DNA of 63,920 bases, counting the filler, from Octopus bimaculoides (taxonomy: Eukaryota), in the NCBI RefSeq assembly GCF_001194135.2. It is 4 parts of 4 records of this genome, joined end to end, with 100 filler letters (N's around TTAATTAATTAA, not from the genome) between each part and the next. Parts side by side here need not be neighbours in the genome. Positions count along the whole stretch, not along the records: positions 1 to 24,467 come from NC_068983.1; 3 more parts are not named here. One strand, 5' to 3'. The notes beneath the pieces are model-generated. The model did no database searches, was not told where the DNA came from, and worked only from the letters and a program-made list of their open reading frames with translations. Positions 1 through 12,619 of the stretch are shown in pieces. The position numbers were made by a program, and so were the translations under genes. How positions within the stretch are numbered: the first letter of the stretch is position 1; every line of letters begins with the position of its first letter.

Positions 1-99
1 ATATATATATATATATATATATAAGCAAAGTAGCTAGTAGCTATATATGTGTATATATATTCTTTTATTCTCTTATATGTTTCAGCCTCGAGTGTAATT

Positions 100-1122
100 A
101 CCTTTTAAATGGCCAACTCTATGGATTTGGCTTTGGTGAAGGAGGAAGTTCGATACTACTGCCCTTCTTAGCGTTAGCTCTGCTATCTCCCATATGGATA
201 GGGCATATAATACCTTCCTTTAACTTTTTGAGAAGGCTCCCTGTTGTGAGGAAGCTCTGGAAGAGAATCTGAAGTGGTCTAGCTAGAGCCCCTTCTAGCT
301 AGAGCCCCTTCTAGCTAGAGCCCCTTCTTTAAGAGGATTGCGGGGAATCTATCGGGGTCTGTTACTGAGCTTGAGCTCATCTCATCAATGGCTGATATCA
401 CATCAGTTTCTTCTATGTTGATACTGTCAATAATTATTTTGTTGCGAATATCTGCGGAGCCAAAGAACTCATCAGGCATAGCTACTTGCAAGTGCCCCAC
501 TGGGGTGGTGAAAGTACTCTTGTATTGCACGTTCAGTATTTGACTGATCCTCTGGGAGTCTGCAATCTGTGAGCCATTTTCTTCAAGTAGTGGCCCTATT
601 TTGTACTTAATATTTTTGACAGCCCTGACCTCCTTTTCTGCCCTCTTCTTTTCAATGTTCGTCTGAGGTAGGATCGTTTGTTATCCTTTATTGGCCCGTT
701 TAGACGATTTGAGATTTTTGCTCGTCGCCTCATTAGAATCCGCTTATCTCTGGGTATTATATTTTTCTGCCGGTTTCGCATTCTCTAGAGCAAACCTAAT
801 GCAGATGTCATGCATGTTGTAACTTTATGTCAATGTAAATGTCTTCTGTTGAGAGACTGTCAGACCAGTTATGTTCCATGACCTCTTTCGCAATACCCTT
901 CCAATCAGCTTTGTGAAAGTTCATGCTGGAGAGAAGTTGAGTGCTTCTAGAAGCCTGCATGTTTGTAGTCTTCTGCAGACCATACATTGTTAGTTCTATT
1001 AAGTTATGGTCCGAGAAATTCATCGGTGTCACCCCAAGATTATGGATGAGCACCGTGTTGTTTGTGAAACAGAGGTCCAGGACATTTTCCCCCTTGCTGA
1101 GTGGAGAACTATTTGCTCCATA
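100..1122 (-). mobile_element. Decayed non-LTR retrotransposon (LINE) ORF2 fragment, copy B: endonuclease C-terminus to the pre-RT linker
   Basis: Minus-strand translation gives RGENVLDLCFTNN...TPMNFSDHNLIEL (APE C-terminal LDL/SDH motifs), then FTTPV and DPDRFPAILLKKG. It is broken by stops and frameshifts and is homologous to 2253-3260. Confidence 0.85.
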
Positions 1123-1124
1123 AA

Positions 1125-3270
1125 CAGTATGTTAGTGAGATTCTGCATGCCCCTAGCCATGGAGTAGCATATCTGAGAGAATGTAGCACTCAGGCCATTT
1201 AACATAAGGGAGGTTGAAAAGCCCTAAAAGAATGTTGGGAGAGTGGCCTTCCACGATTTTCTAGATGTATATCACTGCATATCTTTCATTCTAGGGAGAG
1301 GAGTTTTAATTTTTTCAATTTTTCCCAGTAGCTGACATGTTGCATTGAGACGATTTTCTCAGTGTAGCTTTGCTGGATTGCTTCGAATTCCGCCGTGAAT
1401 TTTATAGTGTGGTAACCATAATTGGGAGCAGTAGTCAAAGCGGCTGAGGACGTATGTCCTCCAAAGGACCATCAATGTATCCTTTTCTCTTGTTTTCAAA
1501 GTTCGGATGATTCATCCGTCTGCATTTTATTACCAAATTGGTAATATACTCTTGAAAAAATGCATCATTGCTCATGTCAATGCCCAGGTCACACACTGAT
1601 TTTGATTCAGGGATTTCAATTCCTCCCAGGCCAGTCCTGTCACATGTCGTTTAGCTTTGTGTGCTGGTAGGGTAGGGTCTGTGATTTTCTTGCATTAAAC
1701 GGCATGTTGTAGTCCTCAGCCCACCTGTATGTTGCGTCTAACTCCCGTTGCAGACGTGCAATATTTCCAGGATTTTATATTGTCTGAGAGACTTTTGTGT
1801 CATCTGCATAGCTAGCAAGGGTGACTACCTGAGCAGTGAAGGCATGCCTGTGAGTGCCACTATGAATAGCAGTGGCCCTAAGACAGTGCCTTGTGGAACA
1901 CCACTTGCTATTTGTGTTTCCTTGGAGGTGGCTCCGTTGTCAACCACTGCCTGATGTCTATCTTTTAGAAAGTCGTGCAGCCATTCTCAAAGTTTTCCAT
2001 CTATGCCGAGATCACGCAGTTTGTGACATGGTCTAGGTCATGCCATGGTCGAGGTCGACTTTGCCAAAGGCTTATGCAAAGTCGAGATATGTCAGATCCA
2101 CGCTTGAGTCATTCAGCAGCTGTTTTAACACTCAGTCGTAGTGTTGCAAGAGATGTGTTAGACAAGCTTCTACTTGATCGAAATCCATGCTGGGTGTCAG
2201 TGAGCAAGTCATTTTCTTCAAGGAACGCGATTAGACTATTCGTTCTATGACTTTACTGTTGTGAGGTCAGAGAGATAGACTTATAATTTTTAGCATCCGC
2301 TCTGCTTCCTCTCTTATGAATAGAACATATTATCCTTTCCTTCACTTTGTCTGGGAGTTTACCATTTGCAAGGAAGCTCTGGAAGAGAAGTTTCAGTGGT
2401 TTTGCAAGGGCTCGTTTGCACGATTTGAGAAGGACCGCTGGAAATCCATTAGGGCCAGCAACTGAGTTTGTGTCAGCCTCTTCTATGGCCAGTATTACAT
2501 CTTCTTCAATGTTTATGTACTCAATTTTTGCCTCTTTGGTTAGAGGTAAAATGGCAAAGAACTCTGCTGGTTTGTTCACTTGCCTGTATTCCAGAGGTGT
2601 AGTGAACACACTCTGAAACTGTTTGTTCAGTATTTCACTTATCCTCACTGGTTTCCTGCAATGGAGTCATCTTTTTGCAAGAGGGGTCCTATATTGTGGC
2701 GTACTGAGGCTGTTTCTTTAGCAAACTTAAAGAAAGCTTTAGGGTTCGACTTGATATTCTCTATAACCCAAGCTTCTTTATTCGCTCTCTCCTTTTCATG
2801 AGACTCATGCAGACGTTTCTCAATTTCCAATAGCGCTCTTTCTAGGTGTGACTTCTCGTCACTTTTGGGGTGCTTGCTCAGGCGGTTCGCAATTTTTGCC
2901 TGTCGTCTCCTAAGGATCTTCCTTTCCCCAGGGATCCTATTTTTGTGTATGTTGGCCTTGCACAATGGGACAGTGTGGACACGAAATGCTTGCGTTTCAT
3001 AATAATGTCTAGTGTGGAGAGACATTTAGGCCAATCCTGTTTGAAGATCTCTTTCTCAATCAACTGCCAATTTGCTTTATGAAAATTTAGTTTAGAGAGA
3101 TTTTAGGTGCTTCTTTTAGGCTGTATGTCTGCAAGAGATTTTGGTCCATACACAGACAGCTCTATTATGCTGTGATCCGCGATCAACGTCGGTGTCACTT
3201 TAACATTATGGATAATGTCCATATTGTTTGTGAAGCAGAGATCCAGTATATTATTTGCCCTGGTTGGTTG
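1125..3270 (-). mobile_element. Decayed LINE ORF2, copy A: endonuclease C-terminus, RT domain and 3' end
   Basis: PTRANNILDLCFTNN..ADH, GPNGFPAVLLKSCK, KNYKSISLTS, TQHGFRSSR, QGTVLGPLLF and a YADD-like motif, all on the minus strand with many frameshifts. Confidence 0.9.
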
Positions 3271-3555
3271 TAGCACTGACGTTTATAGCACTGTGCTGCT
3301 GACATCTCTTCCAGCTGGCTAACGACACACATTCTGTGTCCGATTAATATTTGCGAGGGGTGGGGGGGTCATCGCTCCCATCCCGTATATAGGACGCTAC
3401 ACTTGGTTGGCAATTATATGTTACGATTCCGTATTGCTACTGTTTATATCTCGCTCAGAGATTTGATATAACTTATTTCTCCTTTTTCAAGATCAGCGAC
3501 GGTTTGTCGCCGGGAAAAGCATATAGTATTTAGCGAGTGGAGTGAGTTTTCATTA

Positions 3556-3602
3556 ACACACGCTGAAGACGAGTAACCACCCAGAAACTCGAGTCCGTGT
3601 GT
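3556..3602 (+). ncRNA. Minimal type I hammerhead ribozyme-like motif (family H1)
   Basis: Stem I ACACACG/CGTGTGT (7 bp), core CTGAAGA, 14-nt stem II with 2 mismatches, GAAA, palindromic stem III ACTCGAGT, GTC cleavage triplet (C3595). Confidence 0.75.
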
Positions 3603-3693
3603 ATCACGTAAGGCTAGAGATGGGAGCGATGACTGAATTACGACGTGCTTGTCTCACAGAGAACGTTTCCAGTTACTTTTGGGTACTCCCTCG

Positions 3694-3694
3694 A

Positions 3695-3725
<31 letters not shown>

Positions 3726-3777
3726 TATATATAGAAAGAGAGAGATACACACATCTATACATAGCCATACACACGCG

Positions 3778-3818
<41 letters not shown>

Positions 3819-3937
3819 ACACACACGCTCACTCACAGAGTTTTAAAGAATAATCAGAAAGATTGTTGGTGGTGTTTCAATCATTTCATTACGGTCATCT
3901 CGGAAGTCAATAATCAATAACCTCAGATAGCATGTTG

Positions 3938-3999
<62 letters not shown>

Positions 4000-4030
4000 G
4001 CGCATATATACATGCATACACACACACTCA
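3694..4030. repeat. (GATA)n and (CA)n microsatellites
   Basis: Direct reading of the sequence. Confidence 0.95.
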
Positions 4031-4269
4031 TAAAAAATATATGCATATCTGTGTATGTTTATGTGTGAGAGCGTGCATCTGTACATTAAAAAAGGACAAA
4101 GAATTATAAACGAGAATTATTTTCTTCATTTAACAAGTCTGTATAGTTTTCTTTCCTCCATAATTTTCAGGTAGTTTCTACGTCAGCTCCAGAAGCGTGA
4201 CGTCATAGACGGTTAGCAATGTATGGATGCTCTAGTGTTATAATTGGTATCTTTTGTGTCGGATGTTAT

Positions 4270-5301
4270 TTAGTTAGATGTTGTGTTCTTTCCAAGCTGG
4301 TAGTTAGTAACTTTTTGAACTTTTAGTGATGTGAGTATCTGAGCGAATGTTGAAGTAATTTATAGTTGTGTAATGTCTTATAACTGGTTAAATTATTCAA
4401 CTTCAGTCATTATTTCATGCATTCTTAAAAGCTTACCGTGACTAATGTTCTTTGCTGGATGCACCAACCGTTGTTTTTGTTATTGATATTCTATTGTTAA
4501 CTTGTTATAGTTTTAGATAATTTGCTTCCTGCTAACCTTCCTGGTCCAAATCCTGTCGTAACCAACTTTGCCTTTTCCTTCTTTCTGGTTCAATATCATA
4601 CCAGTCCTGTACTGGAGCCAGTCCTGGATAGGGATGGGCTCTGTCAGGTTTGAAATTGTCACGGACAAAAGCACTAGAATTTTACACTAAATAGGTTCTA
4701 TATTCCTTGATTGAATTCTGCTGAAATTGGCTCTGCTTTTAATCTTTCTGAGTTCGAAAGAGTACTATTTTATTTGTTAAAATCTCGAACCTGGAGATTC
4801 TGGTTCCCATGGCGGAAATGTGACTGATATCCCAAGACTTTCTTATGGATGCTGCACAAGTTCGCCACAAGTTTAACTCTACCCCCATCCCAGCAACTGC
4901 TGGTGCTCATTTCACTTGAGTAGTCTGGATCAACACAAAATGAAGCAGTAAAAATTTTTTAACAAGTGGAAAATCTTGAAGGATTTAGGGTCTAACTTTA
5001 GGACTGAAAGTTATACTAAAACCCGAACTGGAGTCCCCATGATTGTACTGAAGGTACCCTGCTCTTCATCTAGAATAAAGACCCGATTTTGTAAAAGCTA
5101 GGAGTTCAGTTGCTCGTTGATCATGTGTATTAGCTTTTCATTACCTTGCCAAATAAGAACTTCAGTAATTGACCATCTTTGTTCTCTCACTGTAACTCAA
5201 ATGCATCTATAGTCAAGACATTTAATTCTGGTTCATTTAAATGAATACGAAATGTAAAACAACTCACGAATGCAAACACCAAACGCAAACACCAAAAGCA
5301 T
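4270..5301 (-). CDS. Candidate small multi-exon gene for a secreted protein (exons about 5301-5268, 4673-4537, 4490 or 4454-4437, 4338-4270)
   Basis: GT-AG sites join in frame to give MLLVFAFGVCILLLSVTISNLTEPIPIQDWLQYRTGMILNQKEGKGKVGYDRIWTRK...ILTSLKVQKVTNYQLGKNTTSN*. The signal-peptide-like N-terminus is only created by the splice. No homology recognised. Confidence 0.35.
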
Positions 5302-5640
5302 TGCATAATTGCCGAGTGTTTCTTTACCTCGTGGTGCTGAATTCAAAAGCTCCAATGAAAATAACCATATTTGTGAAAAAACAAACGACAGCTAGCCAGG
5401 TAGAGAGAGAGGGGGAGGGAGAGAAAATTAGTTAACTAGCAACGATATTTTTTTTTTTAAGGCATCAGAAAAACTTGTCAGATGGCAGCTAACTTCAATG
5501 CGAAAGGCCACATAGAAGTTAACATTTAAATTTTTTTTAAAATGGAGAAAAAGATATACTGCTAAACCTCTTATTTTATAAAATATGATGGTAGTCTCTC
5601 GTAGTTCCAGAAAGACGTTCTGCAATTTAGTTGTTGTTGT

Positions 5641-5856
5641 AAGGCAGCAAACTGGCAGAAACGTGAGTAAGCCGGGCGAAATGCTTAGCGGTATTTCGTC
5701 TGCCGTTACGTTCTGAATTCAAACTCCGCCGAGGTCGACTTTGCCTTTCATCCTTTCGAGGTCGATAAATTAAGTACCAGTTGCGTACTGGGGGTCGATC
5801 TAATCGACTGGCCCCCTCCCCCAAAATTTTGGGCCTCGTGCCTAGAGTAGAAAATA
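5641..5856 (+). mobile_element. SINE family B (GGCGGTGAGCTGGCAGAAACG...GAGTTCAAATTCC...GGGGTCGAT)
   Basis: B-box-like GTTCAAA motif; near-identical to 36047-36272, with further copies at 53.1, 58.7, 59.3-59.7 and 61.3-62.1 kb. Confidence 0.85.
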
Positions 5857-5924
5857 ATTTTTTTCTTGTTGTACGACTTGCACAAAAGCTTTCCTTTATA
5901 GTGATCAAATGTCTATGCTGTACA

Positions 5925-6112
5925 TTAGTTCACTCCTTCCATCAAATCCACGTTGCCTAACAGGTGTACTGTGTGCCACACGTCAGGTCTCGAAGTGATC
6001 GCAGAGCAACGTGAGATGAAGTATTTGGCTCAAGAACACAACGCATCATTCGTTCCAGGAATTGAACCCACGATCTCGCGTGCAACACCCTAACCACTAG
6101 GTCATGCGCCCT
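5925..6112 (-). mobile_element. tRNA-derived SINE family C fragment
   Basis: tRNA-like head on the minus strand (TAGTGGTTAGGG...GGTTCAATTCC); related to 27730-28095 and 31725-31982. Confidence 0.65.
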
Positions 6113-6949
6113 TAGTTTATAAAATACAATTATTTATAAAAGCAATAAACTTTATAAAAAGGGTGAACGGCAGAGCTTCGGAATAATAAACACGACCGTG
6201 ATTAAAAATTCTTTCGAAAATTACTTTGGATTTATGTTTTGAATACAACAGTAATTATTTTAAACGATAAATTTACAAGTGAAGATAAAGTAATATAAAT
6301 AAATATTTACAAAATTCGCCAACTTGTTTAAAATAAAGGCTATATGTAAAATTAAATCGGCAAAAATCTATTCAGATACAATAATTTTCCCTCAAACGCT
6401 TTGCATCTTTCAGAAGGCCATACTTAACCCTTCCCATGACCGTTGTTTTGTTTCCTCAACTCTAGTTTTGTGAGAGATGAAGAAGTATAGCATGACTTGT
6501 ATAAAGAAAGGAAAAACTTTATTCAGACCAGAAATTTGGCCGAACGATTACAAGAGAGTGGACTCCGCTAAAGATCAGGTTGTTATGTTAAAAAGGGCGA
6601 CAAATTACGACCCCTTCTGTAGAAATAGTTCAGCTTAAAGATAAATGAGACCTGTAAGGCTTATCTATACATCCTTAGAAGTCTTCGATATTATCCCTAA
6701 GACAGAATGGATTATGGAACTTACTATGATACTACATGGAGACGAAATCTTGAAATGGTGCCCTTATATCTAAAGAGGTTATGGGGCTAGCTATTTTACG
6801 TGTTTTGCCAACCAATAAATGTTATCACACGCAACAAGGAGAGCGGTTTTATTCTTCTACTTATATAACTTACATCCTTATACATATTTACTTATATGTT
6901 GCATGAGACACGCCAATGCATCCAAGTCGTCCGAAGATAAATATGGTTA

Positions 6950-6990
6950 AACATGTGTGTGTGTGTGTGTATGTGTGTGTGCGTGCGTGC

Positions 6991-7027
<37 letters not shown>

Positions 7028-7296
7028 CGTGTACAAACGGGCATTCAAACACAAGCAACAAGACAAAATAGAATAAAAACAATAAAGAAGAAGAAGAAGA
7101 AGAAGAAGAAGAAGAAGAAGAAGAAGAAGAAGAAGAAGAAGAATGCCAAATGAAGGGAAAATAGTCAAAAGAGGAACGAAGAGAAAGAGGAAAACACACA
7201 CACACATGTATATATGTATATTTATATACATATATATGTATATATATATGTGTGTGTGATATATATACCTGTGTATATATATACAAATATGCATAC

Positions 7297-7327
<31 letters not shown>

Positions 7328-7370
7328 TGCATGTATGAATGTATGTATGTATGTGTGTATGTATGTATAT
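6950..7370. repeat. Microsatellite cluster: (TG)n, (GAA)n about 20 units, (TATG)n
   Basis: Direct reading; explains the spurious low-complexity ORFs. Confidence 0.95.
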
Positions 7371-8019
7371 GAACACAGAGGGCGAAAGAGTTAGAAATAG
7401 ATAGAGAACGAGACAGGGAATCGGAGAGCTTGAAAGATACAGAATGTAAGAAACTTATATAAAAAGGTAGGGAGAGGAAAGACAAAAAATGTGAACGGAA
7501 AAAGAGACAGTAACAATAGAGAGAAACATAAAGCGACAAATAAAGAGAAAAGGAGAAAATGCTTGAAAGGAAACAGGAATAGAGACGGAGTGAGATAAAC
7601 AGAAAGCGGCTGATTGAGAGAAAGAAAGAGGTTGAGATAGAGAGGGGAAGAGAGAGTGAAAGGGAAAGTGAGTAAGTGAGAAACTATCCTTTGTGGTTCA
7701 AGCCTTTGTAAAATGCCAATATTGAAACGTCCAGTTCAGAGAAATCTGAAAGAACCGTGAAAAACCGTGCAAGTGAGCGGAAAATGTTTTACGTCTTTCC
7801 TGGTCACCTGATTCGTTGGTTCGTACGACAATGGCAAAACAGTTCAAGCCAACATGGCTGCTCTATTAGCTACTGTCGTGTGCTTCAATGAGTTCAACTC
7901 TAGCTCACTCTATCTCTTTCCCTCCCTCTATCTACCTCTCTATCTCCCTCCCACTTTCTCTCGTTTTCTCTCTTTCACTCAAGCTTTCTCTTCATATCAT
8001 TTACTTTTATAGAATATAA

Positions 8020-8050
<31 letters not shown>

Positions 8051-8133
8051 AGTGAGTGAGTGTGTGTGTGTGTGCGCGTGTGTGTACAGAGGTGTGTGAG
8101 TGAATGTGTGTGTGTGTGTGCGCGTGTGTGTAC

Positions 8134-8178
<45 letters not shown>

Positions 8179-9005
8179 NNNNNNNNNNNNNNNNNNNNNN
8201 NNNNNNNNNNNNNNNNNNNNNNNNNNNNNNNNNNNNNNNNNNNNNNNNNNNNNNNNNNNNNNNNNNNNNNNNNNNNNNNNNNNNNNNNNNNNNNNNNNNN
8301 NNNNNNNNNNNNNNNNNNNNNNNNNNNNNNNNNNNNNNNNNNNNNNNNNNNNNNNNNNNNNNNNNNNNNNNNNNNNNNNNNNNNNNNNNNNNNNNNNNNN
8401 NNNNNNNNNNNNNNNNNNNNNNNNNNNNNNNNNNNNNNNNNNNNNNNNNNNNNNNNNNNNNNNNNNNNNNNNNNNNNNNNNNNNNNNNNNNNNNNNNNNN
8501 NNNNNNNNNNNNNNNNNNNNNNNNNNNNNNNNNNNNNNNNNNNNNNNNNNNNNNNNNNNNNNNNNNNNNNNNNNNNNNNNNNNNNNNNNNNNNNNNNNNN
8601 NNNNNNNNNNNNNNNNNNNNNNNNNNNNNNNNNNNNNNNNNNNNNNNNNNNNNNNNNNNNNNNNNNNNNNNNNNNNNNNNNNNNNNNNNNNNNNNNNNNN
8701 NNNNNNNNNNNNNNNNNNNNNNNNNNNNNNNNNNNNNNNNNNNNNNNNNNNNNNATATATATATATATATATATACGAATATATATTGAATACACGTGTG
8801 TGTGTGTATATATTTACATATATATACAGAGAGAGAGAGATAAAGAGAGAGAGAAAGAGAGAGAAATACATGCTTACATACATACATACATACATACTAA
8901 CTCTAACGCACATGGGTTTCGTGTGTGTATCTTTTGAGTGTGTGAGAGCGTGAGTAAGCTTCTACACGTATGTTCCTGTGATGCATCTGGTTGTGTTTGG
9001 TCAAG

Positions 9006-9059
<54 letters not shown>

Positions 9060-10394
9060 TGTGTATGTATGTGTGCGTGTATGCACACATATGTACCAAT
9101 GTTCGCACGCTTTAAGGAAACTTGGGGTGTAATAGTTGAACCATATACCAACATACAAACACATACATATATACACATGATTTACTAGCTGTGAATATAT
9201 GTAGAATATATGTAACAGTGTATAAACCAACAGATACGAAACGTAAAATAGAATACAATTAATATTTTCCACCTGGTTTCACAGATTTTCTCACTTTCTT
9301 CGCTAAATTGCCTATATTTTTGGACACCAACTTTTATATCTTCGTGCGTGTGTGTGTGTGCGTATGTGTGAGAGAGAGAGTGTGTGAGTATGTGTGCAAA
9401 TACATGCATGTAGGTAATACGCATAATAATTTACACTTCATATATCTTTATACATATAAACGAGAGTGCGTGCACACACATTTATGTGTGTGTATATGTA
9501 TTGTATGTATAAATACATATATACTTACAAATATGTGTTTGCGTGTATGTATGTATATACATATATATATGCATAAGTATGTATATATGTGTGCGTGTAC
9601 ATATATATATACACATACACACACACACACACACAAGCACACAAACACACACATGCACAGACACACACGCACACACACACACACATACACACACACAACA
9701 CACACCTTTTACCTTATATGGTTTCCTTGTTTCAATCCTTAGACTGCTACCATGGTAGGGTATCTCCTTGAAAGGGTTTAGTTGACCAAATCGAACGCAG
9801 TACGTATTCCATTTTTTTAAGCGTGTAACTTATTCTATCGATATCTTATATCGAACTGCATCAAAAATATCTTACAAAGTTTTCTTGCAAATTGTATTCA
9901 CAGATTTCGGTCGATCTGACTCCATGCTACAAGTCAAGTGTGATTCAATTCAAAACCAAGTAGTCTTCAAGCGAATTTCTAAATCATTCAGAAAAGAAAT
10001 ATGTGCGCTCTGTGTGTGCATATGTGTGTGCACGCGTGTGTGCGTCTATGTGTGTGTACGCGCGCGCGCGCATGTGTGGAAGGTGTTCTTGTTAATGTAA
10101 TGTGCGGACACAAACATATTTATGTATGAGGCTCTATGAGGACGTGCTTGCGTGTGTGCAGGCGTGCGCTTATGCGTATTTTGTAAGGATGCATTTGTGC
10201 AAGTATACATGAGACGGTAAAGCGATGAACTTAACATAAACCATTCCCCCACACCCCCAAAAACGTCCTCTACTACCCCACCAGAAAAAACTACAGAGCT
10301 TAGACGCGACTCACATAAGGGCATTGAACATAATTCTGAATTGGTGTTGCCATTACACTCACAAACACTATAGAATGCTCGATTGTCATATTTT

Positions 10395-10880
10395 CAATGG
10401 TTTATTCAAGAGTGTCCTTGACTTTGAGAGGCTGCCTGAGAATGGTGAGTTGATATGAACTGTATCCAGCCTAAATATCTGTGAGTCGATATTTGCAGTG
10501 AAAACGTGTAAGGAGTTGAAATTCCAGACGATTGGAGATCTGCAGAGGAACGACTAGGATAAATTATTGGTACTAGGTCTAGTGGGTAAGATACGATATG
10601 AGTGATAAGAGGAAGAGGGAAGATTATGGACGGGCTTCGATGGAAGGGAGTATGCAACAAGCTGGCTTACTGGAACAGAGGCCGTTGTAATAGGGATAGA
10701 ATGAACACAGTAAGAAGGCATTGCGCATACGGTTGCAGATTATAGCGTATTGGTGAATAAGTATTTTTCTAATCAGTCGAATGACCTGCTTTTGTAGGGT
10801 ATTTTCGAGGTCTCCAGTCATAGAAGCAGTGCAGGTTTGATATGAGGTATCTAGATTGCATATGGATAGCACCTGTATTT
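10395..10880 (-). mobile_element. 3' fragment of a CR1/L2-like LINE
   Basis: Minus-strand remnants resembling the post-RT C-terminal FYRYYNGLCSSKLA motif and STHRY..QLT; heavily decayed. Confidence 0.55.
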
Positions 10881-10890
10881 GTGAAAGATA

Positions 10891-10937
<47 letters not shown>

Positions 10938-11369
10938 AAGAGAGAGATCAAAGTGGTATCATCTGTATGAGAATGAGCGCCGTTAGAAATGTTAACAAAC
11001 GTGTATCACACACTCTTTGTCCTGCACACTGCACATGAAGAAGAGTGTATGAGACACAGATGAAACTTAGGACACAAGAGAATTGATAATGTATAGAGTA
11101 CAGATCGTCCTGTAAACTCTAACGCATTGTTAAAATGTAAGAAGAGATATAAGAAGCATATAAGTCTAGCTAATCCATAAAGCTGACAAATATACCATAA
11201 CCAATGATTTCCAGACACTGTTTCTTCTTTATGCTTCATATCTCGCTTCTGTTTCTTTGAACTACCTAGCTGTATACACTTCTAACACGAGTTGACAAAA
11301 TGTACTAATCAATTAATTAACAATGCGCTATAAAGTATTTGAGACGGGAATAGTTTTAAAATATATGTT

Positions 11370-11490
11370 ATTGGCACTCCGTCGCTTACGACGTCGCGGG
11401 TTCCAGTTGATCTGATCAACTGAACAGCCTGCTCGTGAAATTAACGTGCAAGTGGCTGAGCACTCCACAGACACGTGTACCCTTAACGAC
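11370..11490 (-). mobile_element. SINE family C, 3' portion
   Basis: TTGGCACTCCGTCGCTTACGACGTC...CACGTGTACCCTTAACG, nearly identical to 27731-27848. Confidence 0.85.
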
Positions 11491-11717
11491 CATGAGGAAT
11501 CCATTGGTGCGACTCCCAGATTGCTATCTTGTAAGGTGTGGATTTCTATAGATGCAACACACACACACACGCACACACACATACACACACACACTCACAA
11601 ATTCAGCTTTACAATATGTATAGATGTATCAAACAGTTCATTATTCATTTATTCCATCATTTTTTTTTTCAAAGTCCTTATTTTATAATTTTATATATCT
11701 CACTTTCCTTTACATTA

Positions 11718-12142
11718 GACTAGCAGAGATACCCGGCCTTGCTCGGGATTAAAACGGCATAGATTTTTATTGCTTTACTTGTTTCAGTCATGTGACTGCG
11801 GCCATGGTGGAGCACCGTCGTTGATCGAAATAATAGGTGATCGTTTGCGAAGGATCGTATCTACAGTGAACACTTAGGATTTTTGCTCTGATAACTTCTG
11901 CTCTCTCCCATGTTCACGCACGACCAGCTATATGTCGCTATGAGTAGAGCAACGGATTCAGCAAATTTGGAAATTAGTTGTGGAGAAACGGAGAATATCG
12001 ATTATATTGTGTATCACTCACTAAAAAGACGAAATTTTAAAAATCTGTTATCTCTCTGTCTCTCTTTACACCGTCGCTAGAAGGGGACTTAACTCATGGT
12101 CCGACAGGAAAATTGTTAGAAGTTATGGTTTTAAATTATTTT
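11718..12142 (+). mobile_element. Possible Helentron/HINE-like non-autonomous element
   Basis: Begins ACTAGCAGAGATACCCGGCCTTGCTCGGG, resembling HINE-type termini with a short hairpin; the other end is lost in a gap. Confidence 0.35.
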
Positions 12143-12619
12143 NNNNNNNNNNNNNNNNNNNNNNNNNNNNNNNNNNNNNNNNNNNNNNNNNNNNNNNNNN
12201 NNNNNNNNNNNNNNNNNNNNNNNNNNNNNNNNNNNNNNNNNNNNNNNNNNNNNNNNNNNNNNNNNNNNNNNNNNNNNNNNNNNNNNNNNNNNNNNNNNNN
12301 NNNNNNNNNNNNNNNNNNNNNNNNNNNNNNNNNNNNNNNNNNNNNNNNNNNNNNNNNNNNNNNNNNNNNNNNNNNNNNNNNNNNNNNNNNNNNNNNNNNN
12401 NNNNNNNNNNNNNNNNNNNNNNNNNNNNNNNNNNNNNNNNNNNNNNNNNNNNNNNNNNNNNNNNNNNNNNNNNNNNNNNNNNNNNNNNNNNNNNNNNNNN
12501 NNNNNNNNNNNNNNNNNNNNNNNNNNNNNNNNNNNNNNNNNNNNNNNNNNNNNNNNNNNNNNNNNNNNNNNNNNNNNNNNNNNAAATCCTTCATTGCACG
12601 GTTTAGGCGCTAACTTCAC

